64,000 bases of DNA from Gammaproteobacteria bacterium (GTDB taxonomy: Bacteria > Pseudomonadota > Gammaproteobacteria > JACCYU01), in the NCBI GenBank assembly GCA_050740315.1, contig JBOIDC010000011.1:1110-65109 (forward strand). Reading direction: 5' to 3'. Below are positions 55,257 through 64,000 of the stretch, in pieces. Position numbers and translations under genes: made by a program. A model generated the notes under the pieces. It did not search any database, had not been told where the DNA came from, and worked only from the letters and a program-made list of their open reading frames with translations. Within the stretch, counting starts at the first letter, position 1. Each line of letters opens with the position of its first letter.

Positions 55257-55851
55257 CATGACCCAGCGCACCGCGTCGGTTGAACGCAATACCACGGAAA
55301 CCCGGATCAGGGTCGCTTTAGACCTGCAAGGCGCCGGCCGTTCCCAGTTGCGTATTGGTGTGCCTTTCTTTGAGCACATGCTCGATCAGGTGGCGCGTCA
55401 CGGCCTGTTCGATCTGGATATTCAGGCCGATGGTGATCTGCACATCGACGCGCACCACACGGTGGAAGACGTGGGCATAACATTGGGACAGGCTTTCCGC
55501 CAGGCGCTGGGCGACGGGCAGGGCATTTGCCGCTACGGCCACGCTTATGTGCCGCTGGATGAAGCGTTATCGCGGGTCGTCATCGACTTTTCCGGGCGCC
55601 CGGGTCTGGAATACAACGTTGTTTACCCGCGCGCCCGCATCGGTGATTTCGATGTCGATCTGGTGCAGGAATTCTTCCACGGCTTCGTCAATCACGCGCA
55701 GGCCACGCTGCACATCGACAACTTGCGCGGCGTCAACGCACACCATATCTGCGAAACCGTATTCAAGGCGTTTGGGCGCGCGTTGCGCATGGCCGCAGAC
55801 CTGGACCCGCGCATGGCGGACGCCATTCCTTCGACCAAAGGCAGCCTCTAG
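55257..55851 (+). CDS. hisB: Imidazoleglycerol-phosphate dehydratase.
   Basis: [14 protein letters not shown]...HHTVEDVGI...NAHHICE. Confidence 0.92.
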
Positions 55852-55904
55852 AACGACGGACTTCCGCGCATACCGCAGTTTCCCACAGTTCGGTAATTCC
55901 ATCC

Positions 55905-56555
55905 ATGAGCTTCATCGCAGTCATAGACTACGGCATGGGCAACCTGCGCTCCGTGGTCAAGGCGCTGGAATATGTCACCGAAAGGCGCGCTCAGGTCAAG
56001 GTGACAAGCGATCCGGCCGCGGTGAAAGCGTCGGAGCGGATCGTCTTTCCCGGACAGGGCGCTGCCGGTAACTGCATGCATGCGCTCAGGCGTAACGGTC
56101 TGGATGAGGCGTTACACGAGGCGGCGGGCTCAAAGCCATTGCTGGGACTATGTATGGGCATGCAAGCGTTGCTCGACTTCAGTGCTGAGAACGGCGGTAC
56201 CGAATGTTTAGGTCTGCTGCCCGGGCGGGTCTCGTACTTCGGTGATGCGTTCGCTTCGACTGACTTCGCGCCGCGGCTGAAGGTGCCGCATATGGGCTGG
56301 AATCAGGTCGCGCAAACACAACCCCACGCGCTATGGCGGGGGATCGCGGACAACAGCCGCTTCTATTTTGTGCACAGCTATTATGTCGTGCCGCAGAGCG
56401 CCGCGCTGACCGTCGGCGTCACCGAATACGGCGTGTCATTTGCGTCGGTTATCGCGCGCGGCAATGTATTCGCGATGCAGTGCCATCCCGAAAAAAGCGC
56501 CGCGGCGGGCTTGTCCCTGCTGGCCAATTTCGTGCGCTGGGACGGTGCGGCATGA
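55905..56555 (+). CDS. hisH: Imidazole glycerol phosphate synthase, glutamine amidotransferase subunit.
   Basis: IAVIDYGMGNLRSV...LCMGMQAL...HSYY. Confidence 0.92.
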   Translation: MSFIAVIDYGMGNLRSVVKALEYVTERRAQVKVTSDPAAVKASERIVFPGQGAAGNCMHALRRNGLDEALHEAAGSKPLLGLCMGMQALLDFSAENGGTECLGLLPGRVSYFGDAFASTDFAPRLKVPHMGWNQVAQTQPHALWRGIADNSRFYFVHSYYVVPQSAALTVGVTEYGVSFASVIARGNVFAMQCHPEKSAAAGLSLLANFVRWDGAA

Positions 56556-56645
56556 GCGATTGACACCGCTGGAATTGGCTGTTTACATCGCTTTGGTTTA
56601 GGGTAACCACGCTTGTAGCTAAGGTGTTATCGATTGGGGGCTTAG

Positions 56646-57386
56646 ATGCTTTTGATCCCGGCCATAGATGTTAAGGGCGGAAAATGCGTGCGCTTGAGGC
56701 AGGGCCGCATGAACGAGGTGACCGAATTTTCAGACGATCCGGTATCGGTCGCGACGCGCTGGGTCGAAGCGGGCGCAAGACGCCTGCACATCGTGGATCT
56801 GGACGGCGCGGCGGCCGGTAGCCCGGTGAACGCGGATCTGGTGCAGCGCATCGCAAGGGAAACTCCAGACGTTCCAATTCAAATCGGCGGCGGCATTCGC
56901 GACGAGGACACCGTGCAGGCGTATCTGGATGCGGGGGTGCAATACGTTATCATCGGCACCAAGGCGGTCAGCGCGCCGCATTTCGTCAACGATTTATGCC
57001 TGGAATTCCCCGGCCACATCATCGTCGGGCTGGACGCCAAAGACGGCAAGGTCGCGATCAACGGCTGGTCCAAGCTTTCCCATCACGACGTGGTCGATAT
57101 CGCGCAGCGTTTCGAGCAGGACGGCGTGGCCGCTATCGTCTACACGGATATCAGCCGCGACGGCATGATGTCCGGCGTCAACCTTGAGGGTACGGTCAAG
57201 CTCGCGAGCTCGGTGCACATTCCGATCATTGCGTCCGGCGGCGTCACCAGCCTGGATGATGTCAAGGCATTGTGCGAAGTCGCCGACGAGGGTATCGCCG
57301 GGCTGATCATCGGCCGCGCGCTGTATGAAGGCGCCATCGAGTTCACGTCCGCACAAGCGCTGGCCGACAGGCTGTGCGCTGAATAG
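56646..57386 (+). CDS. hisA: ProFAR isomerase.
   Basis: [17 protein letters not shown]...IQIGGGIR... Confidence 0.92.
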   Translation: MLLIPAIDVKGGKCVRLRQGRMNEVTEFSDDPVSVATRWVEAGARRLHIVDLDGAAAGSPVNADLVQRIARETPDVPIQIGGGIRDEDTVQAYLDAGVQYVIIGTKAVSAPHFVNDLCLEFPGHIIVGLDAKDGKVAINGWSKLSHHDVVDIAQRFEQDGVAAIVYTDISRDGMMSGVNLEGTVKLASSVHIPIIASGGVTSLDDVKALCEVADEGIAGLIIGRALYEGAIEFTSAQALADRLCAE

Positions 57387-57389
57387 ACG

Positions 57390-58163
57390 ATGGCGTTAGC
57401 GAAGCGCATCATCCCCTGTCTTGATGTGGACCACGGCCGCGTCGTCAAGGGGGTGCGCTTCATTGACATTCGCGACGCCGGCGACCCGGTGGAGATCGCG
57501 CAGCGCTATGACGCCGCCGGCGCGGATGAACTGGCGTTTCTTGATATTACGGCCAGTTCCGATCAGCGGGCCACCATGGCCCATGTGGTCGAGCAGGTGG
57601 CGTCGCAGGTATTCATTCCGCTTACCGTCGGCGGTGGCGTGCGCAGCCTTGCAGATATCAGGCGGCTGCTGAATGCCGGTGCGGATAAGGTCAGCATCAA
57701 CACGGCTGCGGTCAGCAATGAAACAATGGTGCAACAGGCGGCCGACACGGTCGGGTCGCAGTGTATCGTGGTCGCGATCGACGCCAAGCGCGCTAATGCT
57801 GCGGGTGAGCCCGATCGATGGGAGGTGTATACCCACGGCGGCCGCAGGGCGACCGGTCTGGACGCGGTCGCATGGGCGCAGCGCATGGAGCGCTATGGGG
57901 CTGGCGAGATCTTGCTCACCAGCATGGACAGGGACGGCACCAGGAGCGGTTTCGATCTTGAGCTTACACGCGCGGTCTCGGACGCGGTGCGCGTGCCGGT
58001 CATCGCTTCAGGCGGTGTGGGTAATCTCGATCATCTGGTCGACGGCGTGTTGCTCGGTGGCGCGGACGCCGTGCTGGCGGCCAGTATCTTCCACTTCGGC
58101 GAGTACACAATTGCCGAGGCGAAACAGCGCATGGCCCAGCGCGGCATCGAAATGCGGCAATAA
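57390..58163 (+). CDS. hisF: Imidazole glycerol phosphate synthase, cyclase subunit.
   Basis: [10 protein letters not shown]...LTVGGGVR...ASGGVG. Confidence 0.92.
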   Translation: MALAKRIIPCLDVDHGRVVKGVRFIDIRDAGDPVEIAQRYDAAGADELAFLDITASSDQRATMAHVVEQVASQVFIPLTVGGGVRSLADIRRLLNAGADKVSINTAAVSNETMVQQAADTVGSQCIVVAIDAKRANAAGEPDRWEVYTHGGRRATGLDAVAWAQRMERYGAGEILLTSMDRDGTRSGFDLELTRAVSDAVRVPVIASGGVGNLDHLVDGVLLGGADAVLAASIFHFGEYTIAEAKQRMAQRGIEMRQ

Positions 58164-58291
58164 TGCCGCGCGCAGAACGTAACGATCGGCGATTCAGTTT
58201 ATCCCTTGAAATCCCGGTTTGTGCGGCGTAAAGACCGCCGCGTTGCCGCCGTTTACTTGTTGACTCCAGCGGCTGTGGTAAGCTAACGGAC

Positions 58292-58696
58292 ATGAAACGA
58301 GGTGTGCCCTTGACTGATCAATGGCTCGATGAAATACGCTGGGACGCGGACGGTCTGGTGCCGGTGATCGCGCAGTCGGCGGCTGACGGCAGGGTGCTGA
58401 TGCTGGCCTGGATGAATCGCGAGGCAGTGGCGCAAACCGTTGAATGCGGTCAGGCTGTTTACTGGTCGCGCTCCCGCCGGCGCCTTTGGCGCAAAGGTGA
58501 AAGCTCCGGGCATGTTCAGGTCGTGAAGGATATCAGACTGGACTGCGATCGGGATGCGCTGCTGCTGCGGGTCGAACAAGCGGGCGACATCGCTTGTCAT
58601 ACTGGCAGGGCGAGCTGTTTTTTCCGTCGGTTGCATGAGCGCCGCTGGATTAGCGTCGAACCTGTGATCGAAGACCCGCGGTCGATTTATGCATGA
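58292..58696 (+). CDS. hisI: Phosphoribosyl-AMP cyclohydrolase.
   Basis: GLVPVIAQ...[19 protein letters not shown]. Confidence 0.88.
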   Translation: MKRGVPLTDQWLDEIRWDADGLVPVIAQSAADGRVLMLAWMNREAVAQTVECGQAVYWSRSRRRLWRKGESSGHVQVVKDIRLDCDRDALLLRVEQAGDIACHTGRASCFFRRLHERRWISVEPVIEDPRSIYA

Positions 58697-59021
58697 GGCA
58701 GACGTTCTGGCGCGGCTGAGCACCGCATTGGAAGACCGCAAACACGCGGACCCGAAGCACTCATACGTTGCCAGTCTTTATGCGCAGGGCCTGGACGCCA
58801 TTCTCAGGAAGCTTGGCGAGGAGGCGACCGAAACGGTGCTGGCGGCAAAAAATGGTGCGCGGCAAGACATTATTCACGAAACCGCCGATTTGTGGTTTCA
58901 CTGCCTGGTGATGCTGGCTTACAGCGGGATCAGCACACGCGCGGTGCTGGCTGAGCTGGACAGGCGTTTTGGGTTGTCAGGGCTCGAAGAAAAGTCGCGT
59001 CGGGAAAATATCGGGACGTGA
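58689..59021 (+). CDS. hisE: Phosphoribosyl-ATP pyrophosphatase.
   Basis: LSTALEDRK...SYVASLY...EEATETV...ADLWFHCLV. Confidence 0.88.
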   Translation: MHEADVLARLSTALEDRKHADPKHSYVASLYAQGLDAILRKLGEEATETVLAAKNGARQDIIHETADLWFHCLVMLAYSGISTRAVLAELDRRFGLSGLEEKSRRENIGT

Positions 59022-59057
59022 CGGATTCAGAGTGTTGACCTTAACTGGAGTACGGCC

Positions 59058-59297
59058 ATGGGTATCAGTATCTGGCAACTGTTGATTATTCTGCTTATCG
59101 TCGCGCTGCTGTTCGGAACCAGGAAATTGCGCAACATCGGTAGCGATTTGGGCGGGGCAATAAAAAGCTTCAAAAATGCAATGGGCAGTGGCGAGGATAA
59201 TTCTGACAAAGCCGAGAAGAATAAGATTGGCGATCAGAGCAGCGCCCAAAGCGGCCGCGTTTACGACGCCAAATTCGAGGAGAAGGACAAAGTTTGA
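59058..59297 (+). CDS. tatA: Sec-independent translocase TatA.
   Basis: [24 protein letters not shown]. Confidence 0.9.
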   Translation: MGISIWQLLIILLIVALLFGTRKLRNIGSDLGGAIKSFKNAMGSGEDNSDKAEKNKIGDQSSAQSGRVYDAKFEEKDKV

Positions 59298-59360
59298 GCG
59301 GCAACAATCGGCGCGGTCATCGCCCAACGCGATGCGTCTGACCATTCACGATGCGCGACC

Positions 59361-59795
59361 ATGTTCGATATCGGTTTTTGGGAGTTGGTGCTAATCGGCG
59401 TCGTTGCGCTGCTGGTGGTGGGTCCTGAGCGGCTGCCCGGCCTGGCGCGGCAGGCGGGTACTTGGCTTGGCAAGGCGAAACGCTTCGCCAGCAATGTGCG
59501 GGCGGATATCGAGCGTGAGTTCGAGGCGGACGAGCTCAAGCGTATGCTGAACGAACAGCAGCGTGAGATAAGCCAACTGAAAGGCATGATCTCCGATACG
59601 CAGGCGGAGGTGCAGGCGGAACTGCGCGAGACTGAGGGCATGGTCAAGTCGATGCAAGAGCCGGCTGGGGAAAATACGGAAGGTCCAGGGCGCCCTGCTG
59701 CGGCGCTCAACAGCCGCAGCGCGGATACAGAACCGCCGCCGCAGCCCGATAAAGCGACGCCGGAGAATGGCGCAAAACGACGCCCGCGGGTCTGA
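59361..59795 (+). CDS. tatB: Sec-independent translocase TatB.
   Basis: MFDIGFWELVLIGVVALLVVGPERLP. Confidence 0.88.
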   Translation: MFDIGFWELVLIGVVALLVVGPERLPGLARQAGTWLGKAKRFASNVRADIEREFEADELKRMLNEQQREISQLKGMISDTQAEVQAELRETEGMVKSMQEPAGENTEGPGRPAAALNSRSADTEPPPQPDKATPENGAKRRPRV

Positions 59796-60534
59796 GCCGC
59801 AAAAAGAAGAGTCGTTTATTTCCCACCTGGTCGAGTTGCGCGACCGGTTAATCCGGATCCTGCTCGGCGTACTGGCCATCTTTCTGTGCCTGTTTCCGTT
59901 CGCCAATCCGATCTACAGCTTTCTGGCGGGGCCTCTGACGCGCAACCTGCCGGCGGGCAGTTCGATGATCGCGATTGACGTCGCGTCCCCGTTTTTGATC
60001 CCCTTCAAGCTTGTACTGTTGCTCTCGATCGTCATCGCAGTGCCGTGGATCCTTTACCAGACGTGGGCGTTTGTCGCGCCCGGGCTCTATCATAACGAGC
60101 GTCGCCTGGTGTTTCCCATACTGATCTCCGGCACCTGTCTGTTTTATGCCGGGATGGCATTCGCCTACTACGTGATGTTTCCGCTGGCGCTTGGTTTCTT
60201 GACCGGACAAGCGCCGCAGGGCGTCGAGGTCATGACGGACATCGCACGCTATCTTGACTTTGTCATTATTATTTTTCTGGCGTTCGGCATTGCCTTTCAG
60301 GTACCCGTCGTCACGATAGTGCTCGTCATGCTTGAAATCGTAACGCCGCAGGACCTGGCCGCCAAACGCCCTTACGTCATCGTGGGGGCGTTCGTCATCG
60401 GTATGGTTTTAACGCCGCCGGACGTGATCTCGCAGACGTTGCTCGCCGTGCCGATGTGCATCCTGTTCGAAGTGGGCCTGATATTGTCCAGGCTAATGCT
60501 ACGCAGAAAGCATCAACATCAGGAAGCGGACTGA
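59767..60534 (+). CDS. tatC: Sec-independent translocase TatC.
   Basis: ...HLVELRDRL... plus six TM segments. Confidence 0.9.
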   Translation: MAQNDARGSEPQKEESFISHLVELRDRLIRILLGVLAIFLCLFPFANPIYSFLAGPLTRNLPAGSSMIAIDVASPFLIPFKLVLLLSIVIAVPWILYQTWAFVAPGLYHNERRLVFPILISGTCLFYAGMAFAYYVMFPLALGFLTGQAPQGVEVMTDIARYLDFVIIIFLAFGIAFQVPVVTIVLVMLEIVTPQDLAAKRPYVIVGAFVIGMVLTPPDVISQTLLAVPMCILFEVGLILSRLMLRRKHQHQEAD

Positions 60535-60571
60535 TTTAAGGGGCGCAATAATGATTGTGTCTGCTATCCAA

Positions 60572-60594
60572 AGCGATGTCTGATAGCGATAAAG
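60572..60594. terminator. 7-bp inverted repeat (GATAGCG...CGCTATC) in the tatC / membrane-protein convergent gap. An additional upstream GCTATC copy allows an alternative pairing.
   Basis: GATAGCG-ATAAAGACA-CGCTATC at 60572-60594; GCTATC also occurs at 60553-60558. Confidence 0.25.
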
Positions 60595-60599
60595 ACACG

Positions 60600-61367
60600 C
60601 TATCCGCCTTGAGCGGGTATGACTTCGGCAGCGGCTGTATCCGCCTTAAAAATGTCGCGGTAGCCGGCATACAGCGCGGCTGAGGTAACCGGTGCCAGCA
60701 CCAGGAAGCCCAAAAAAAACGGCATGGCGGCGATCACCGCCAGAACGAAATAGACGATTAAAAAGACCGCCAGCGGGACGACGTTCTTCAGCGACGCGTT
60801 AATGCTGCTCTTAACGGCAGCGACAGGCGCGATGCCGTCGAACAACACCAGCGGCACCGCGAATGCCAGCGCCGCGAATGTCACCAGCCCAAACACCAGC
60901 GCGATCAGAAACATCAGCGCCATGCCGATGCCCATCGCGCCCACCGCCACGGCCGTATCGCTCATTTCGCCGCCGTTCCCGCCAAAAATGCTCACCCCTA
61001 CCGAGCCACCTACCACGATGACGGCCGCGATGCTGAGCAAAATCGATAAGCCAAGCAGAATTGCGCCCAGGATAAGCATGGGGACACGACTATGCTCGTC
61101 GGTCAAAGGCATGAAAAGATGAGCAATTTCAACGGGCCGGCCTTCCGCCGCCTGTTTGGCGCCGTACATCAGACCTCCGGTCAACGCCGGAAAAATTAGT
61201 GATAAAACAAGCGGGCCTACCAACGGGATAATTTGCAGGATCAGCATCATGACGGCGATGAGCAGCATCATTACCACCCATATGCCAGGCTTGGCCATAA
61301 ATGTTCGCCAGCCAAAGCCGTACCAGCTCACCGCCCTGCCGGCGTCTACGCTTTGCGACTGCATCAA
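60600..61367 (-). CDS. Integral membrane protein, DUF2189/BPSS1780-like.
   Basis: N-terminal ...AVSWYGFGWRTF..PG motif followed by six or more TM helices. Confidence 0.45.
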   Translation of the reverse strand: MMQSQSVDAGRAVSWYGFGWRTFMAKPGIWVVMMLLIAVMMLILQIIPLVGPLVLSLIFPALTGGLMYGAKQAAEGRPVEIAHLFMPLTDEHSRVPMLILGAILLGLSILLSIAAVIVVGGSVGVSIFGGNGGEMSDTAVAVGAMGIGMALMFLIALVFGLVTFAALAFAVPLVLFDGIAPVAAVKSSINASLKNVVPLAVFLIVYFVLAVIAAMPFFLGFLVLAPVTSAALYAGYRDIFKADTAAAEVIPAQGG

Positions 61368-61521
61368 AATTCTTCTCCCATATGCTGTCGAAGTGTCGCG
61401 TGAAAATTAAATGTATTGTGAACAAGTCTAGCCGATCAAGGATCGTCTGGAGCGACTTGCCGACCGTCGCTTGCTAAAATCCGCTCGCAAATTAATGCAG
61501 AGCCGTTATTAGAGCCGAACT

Positions 61522-63090
61522 ATGTCAGTACAACAAGGATTTCCTTTGCGCCGCCGAACGATGTTGCTCATTCTGGACGGGTTCGGCGTCAATCCCAGCA
61601 AACGCAACAACGCGGTGCTGGAGGCGCATACACCGCGGCTTGACGAATACTTCGCGCGTTATCCGCACACGGTTTTGGACGCTTCCGGACCCGCGGTCGG
61701 GCTACCTCCGGGACAAATGGGCAATTCCGAAGTGGGGCACGTTACGCTGGGGTGCGGAAGCATATTGCGCCAGGACCTCGTGCGCATCGATCATGCCATC
61801 GAGGATGGCTATTTTTTTGACAATCATGCGTTCATCAACGCAATTCGCCAGACGCGCGAGACCGAGCGGCCCTTGCACCTGTTGGGCATGGTTTCCGATG
61901 GCGGTGTGCATTCCCATCTCCGGCATCTGCTGGCGTTGATCGAACTTTGCCGGCGTCGCCATGTGCGACCGGTCGTGCATATGATTACCGACGGCCGTGA
62001 TACCGCGCCGCGCTGCGCGAAGAAATATCTGCCTGAACTCGAACAAAGGCTGAGTGAAGCGGGCGGTGCTCTTGCGACTATCATCGGGCGCTACTATGCC
62101 ATGGACAGGGACAAGCGCTGGGAACGCACCGAAAAGGCCTGGCGGGCGCTGGTGGAGCTGGACGGCGATAAAGCGAACAGCGCAGCCAGTGCGATCGACA
62201 GGGCCTACAGCGATGGCAAGGGCGATGAATTCATCGTGCCCACGATACTTCCTGACGCGGAACGCATAGTGCCCGGCGACAGCGTCATCTTCTTCAATTT
62301 CCGCAACGACCGGCCCCGGCAGTTGACAAAGGCGCTCACGGCGCGAAACTTTGACGAATTTGATCGGGGCGGATTTCGTCCGGTCAACGTGACGACCTTG
62401 ACGGAATACGACGCTCACTACCCTTGCCCCGTGGCGTTCTTGCCGGAGCGGCCAGGCGTTACCCTTGGACAGATAGTGAGCGAGGCCGGACTTAAGCAAC
62501 TGCACTGCGCGGAAACCGAGAAATATCCGCATGTCACATTTTTTATCAACGGTGGTCGTGAAGCGCCATTTGAAGGTGAAAAACGCATCATGGTGCCGTC
62601 ACCCAAGGTGGCAACCTATGATTTGCAGCCGGAAATGAGCGCCGAGCGGGTGGCCGATGAGATGATCGACGCGCTGCGCGATGAAAGCTATGCGCTGTAT
62701 ATTGTCAATTTTGCCAATGGCGACATGGTGGGTCACACCGCCATGCGAGAGGCGATCATCACCGCGGTGGAGGTGCTCGACGAGCAGGCGGGCAGGGTGC
62801 TGGATGCGGCGATCGCCAACGACGTCACCGTTGTGCTGACAGCCGATCACGGTAACTGCGACGAGATGATCGATCCCGTGTCCGGTCAGCCGCATACGCA
62901 GCACAGCCTATACCCCGTACCCTGTCTGATAATTGATAAGTCGAACTGGCGTCTGGCCACCGGTGCGGGTTTAAGCAGCGTCGCGCCGACAGTGCTTCAG
63001 CTGCTCGGATTGGCTCAGCCATCGATGATGAAAGGGAAATCGCTATTGCTGGAAGAGTTTGAACGAACGAACGGCGGATCTGTCAATTAA
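61522..63090 (+). CDS. gpmI: 2,3-bisphosphoglycerate-independent phosphoglycerate mutase.
   Basis: LLILDGFGV...GNSEVGH...ITDGRD...TADHGN. Confidence 0.92.
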   Translation: MSVQQGFPLRRRTMLLILDGFGVNPSKRNNAVLEAHTPRLDEYFARYPHTVLDASGPAVGLPPGQMGNSEVGHVTLGCGSILRQDLVRIDHAIEDGYFFDNHAFINAIRQTRETERPLHLLGMVSDGGVHSHLRHLLALIELCRRRHVRPVVHMITDGRDTAPRCAKKYLPELEQRLSEAGGALATIIGRYYAMDRDKRWERTEKAWRALVELDGDKANSAASAIDRAYSDGKGDEFIVPTILPDAERIVPGDSVIFFNFRNDRPRQLTKALTARNFDEFDRGGFRPVNVTTLTEYDAHYPCPVAFLPERPGVTLGQIVSEAGLKQLHCAETEKYPHVTFFINGGREAPFEGEKRIMVPSPKVATYDLQPEMSAERVADEMIDALRDESYALYIVNFANGDMVGHTAMREAIITAVEVLDEQAGRVLDAAIANDVTVVLTADHGNCDEMIDPVSGQPHTQHSLYPVPCLIIDKSNWRLATGAGLSSVAPTVLQLLGLAQPSMMKGKSLLLEEFERTNGGSVN

Positions 63091-63183
63091 ACTAGCGGTC
63101 GTTCTCTGTTCAGAACGGCAGCGACGTATAGAATCCACACAGTATGGATTGGTGGAATCCAGTGAAATTAGGACGACGAGCTA

Positions 63184-63362
63184 TGGAAAAGCCACAACAC
63201 ACGCAGCCGGAAAAACGCGTCTATTTTGTTATGAATAACACCAGCGGCGTCTGGATAAAAATCAGCGACGAGTACTCTCGTCTTACGGACGCCATGCGCG
63301 CGCTGGAGCGATTGATATTGTCTTACCCATTTGCGCGGCTCGGTGGGATGACGCTGCGCTAA
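63184..63362 (+). CDS. Small hypothetical protein, 59 aa, between gpmI and the tRNA.
   Basis: MEKPQHTQPEKRVYFVMNNTSGVWIKISDEYSRLTDAMRALERLILSY. It has ordinary composition and a weak GGA-type RBS. Confidence 0.25.
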
Positions 63363-63475
63363 GGCCTGCGCCTGGGGAACGCGAGGCGCCGCGGGGGTCC
63401 TGCCCGCTCAAGAACTTTGCGCTTGGTGAGCGGAAAAAGATCTTTGCGCGAGGGCGCCGATGGCGCCCCGATGCA

Positions 63476-63552
63476 TGGTGGGCCCGCCAGGACTCGAACC
63501 TGGGACCAAAGGATTATGAGTCCTCTGCTCTAACCGACTGAGCTACAGGCCC
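63476..63552 (-). tRNA. tRNA with a CAT anticodon. Given the C4/C5 acceptor stem and its position directly 3' of rpoD (the ileX position), it is probably tRNA-Ile2 (lysidine) rather than elongator Met.
   Basis: Reverse complement: GGGCCTGTAGCTCAGTCGGTTAGAGCAGAGGACTCATAATCCTTTGGTCCCAGGTTCGAGTCCTGGCGGGCCCACCA. It has cloverleaf pairing, a CAT anticodon and an encoded CCA. Confidence 0.85.
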
Positions 63553-63677
63553 AAAAAATTTAACTGCAACAGTTCTTCATCTGTTCAAAGGCAACTACAG
63601 CCAGTTATGGACATCGCCGTGGTTGCCCAACCCGCGCTTCAACGCCGCGCGCGGTCCGCGGGAAAGAACGGTGTCAG

Positions 63678-64000
63678 TTACTCCAAATCAAGGAAGCTGC
63701 GCAGCTGTTCGGAGCGGCTCGGATGCCGCAATTTACGCAGCGCTTTGGCCTCAATCTGGCGAATCCGCTCGCGGGTGACATCAAACTGTTTGCCGACCTC
63801 CTCCAGGGTATGATCGGTATTCATATCGATACCGAAGCGCATGCGCAACACTTTCGCCTCGCGCGGCGTCAGCGAAGAGAGCACTTCTCGCGTTGTCTCA
63901 CCCAGCCCCTCGTTGGTGGCGGAGTCGATCGGCGAAACGATGTTGGAATCTTCGATGAAATCGCCAAGATGCGAATCTTCGTCATCGCCGATCGGGGTTT
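63678..64000 (-). CDS. rpoD: RNA polymerase sigma-70 RpoD, 3' end only. The gene continues past the window edge.
   Basis: My own translation to the window edge gives ...[106 protein letters not shown], which is sigma-70 regions 3.2 and 4. Confidence 0.9.
   Translation of the reverse strand, partial: TPIGDDEDSHLGDFIEDSNIVSPIDSATNEGLGETTREVLSSLTPREAKVLRMRFGIDMNTDHTLEEVGKQFDVTRERIRQIEAKALRKLRHPSRSEQLRSFLDLE

Overview
This ~64 kb window is high-GC (about 65% by eye) and looks like chromosome from a Beta- or Gammaproteobacterium. The conserved arrangements dprA-smg-topA and def-fmt-rsmB-DUF4390-ntrY-ntrX point that way. Most of it is densely packed housekeeping genes: an mrpA(B)-mrpC-mrpD cation/proton antiporter operon, ampG, xthA, pyrE, argB, algC, dut, coaBC, radC, a terC-family gene, a greA/B-family factor, bioF and bioB, comF, ubiA, gor, aroE, hemB, hemF, tsaC, topA, smg, dprA, def, fmt, rsmB, ntrY/ntrX, ttcA, pip, dtd, hisBHAFIE, tatABC, gpmI, a CAT-anticodon tRNA and the 3' end of rpoD.

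Four regions do not fit that pattern.

(1) A restriction-modification module sits between bioB and bioF. It is a beta-class DPPY DNA methyltransferase converging on a small PD-(D/E)xK nuclease, next to an EcsC-family gene. It is AT-richer than its flanks and looks horizontally inserted.

(2) A small secreted peptide gene lies between hemB and hemF. It encodes five tandem EGKCG repeats and resembles HvfA-type oxazolone/thioamide RiPP metallophore precursors. Its signal peptide and repeat region are in different reading frames, separated by a T-run. No modifying-enzyme genes are present in the window.

(3) A ~3.9 kb islet between ampG and xthA is bracketed by two PIN-toxin/antitoxin pairs. It contains a coiled-coil protein with two topoisomerase-type C4 zinc ribbons and a nuclease-like gene broken by two frameshifts.

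(4) A REC-PAS-GGDEF-EAL protein has a degenerate GGDEF A-site (AADGF) but an intact I-site and an intact EAL domain. A truncated CheY-like receiver fragment is translationally coupled to its start, and the surrounding stretch is AT-richer.

There are also two tandem DUF2914 paralogues with Arg-rich N-termini and acidic disordered linkers, and a VOC-family gene remnant. No CRISPR array, transposase or integrase was seen. All family assignments rest on motifs I read in the translations; I could not run any database search.
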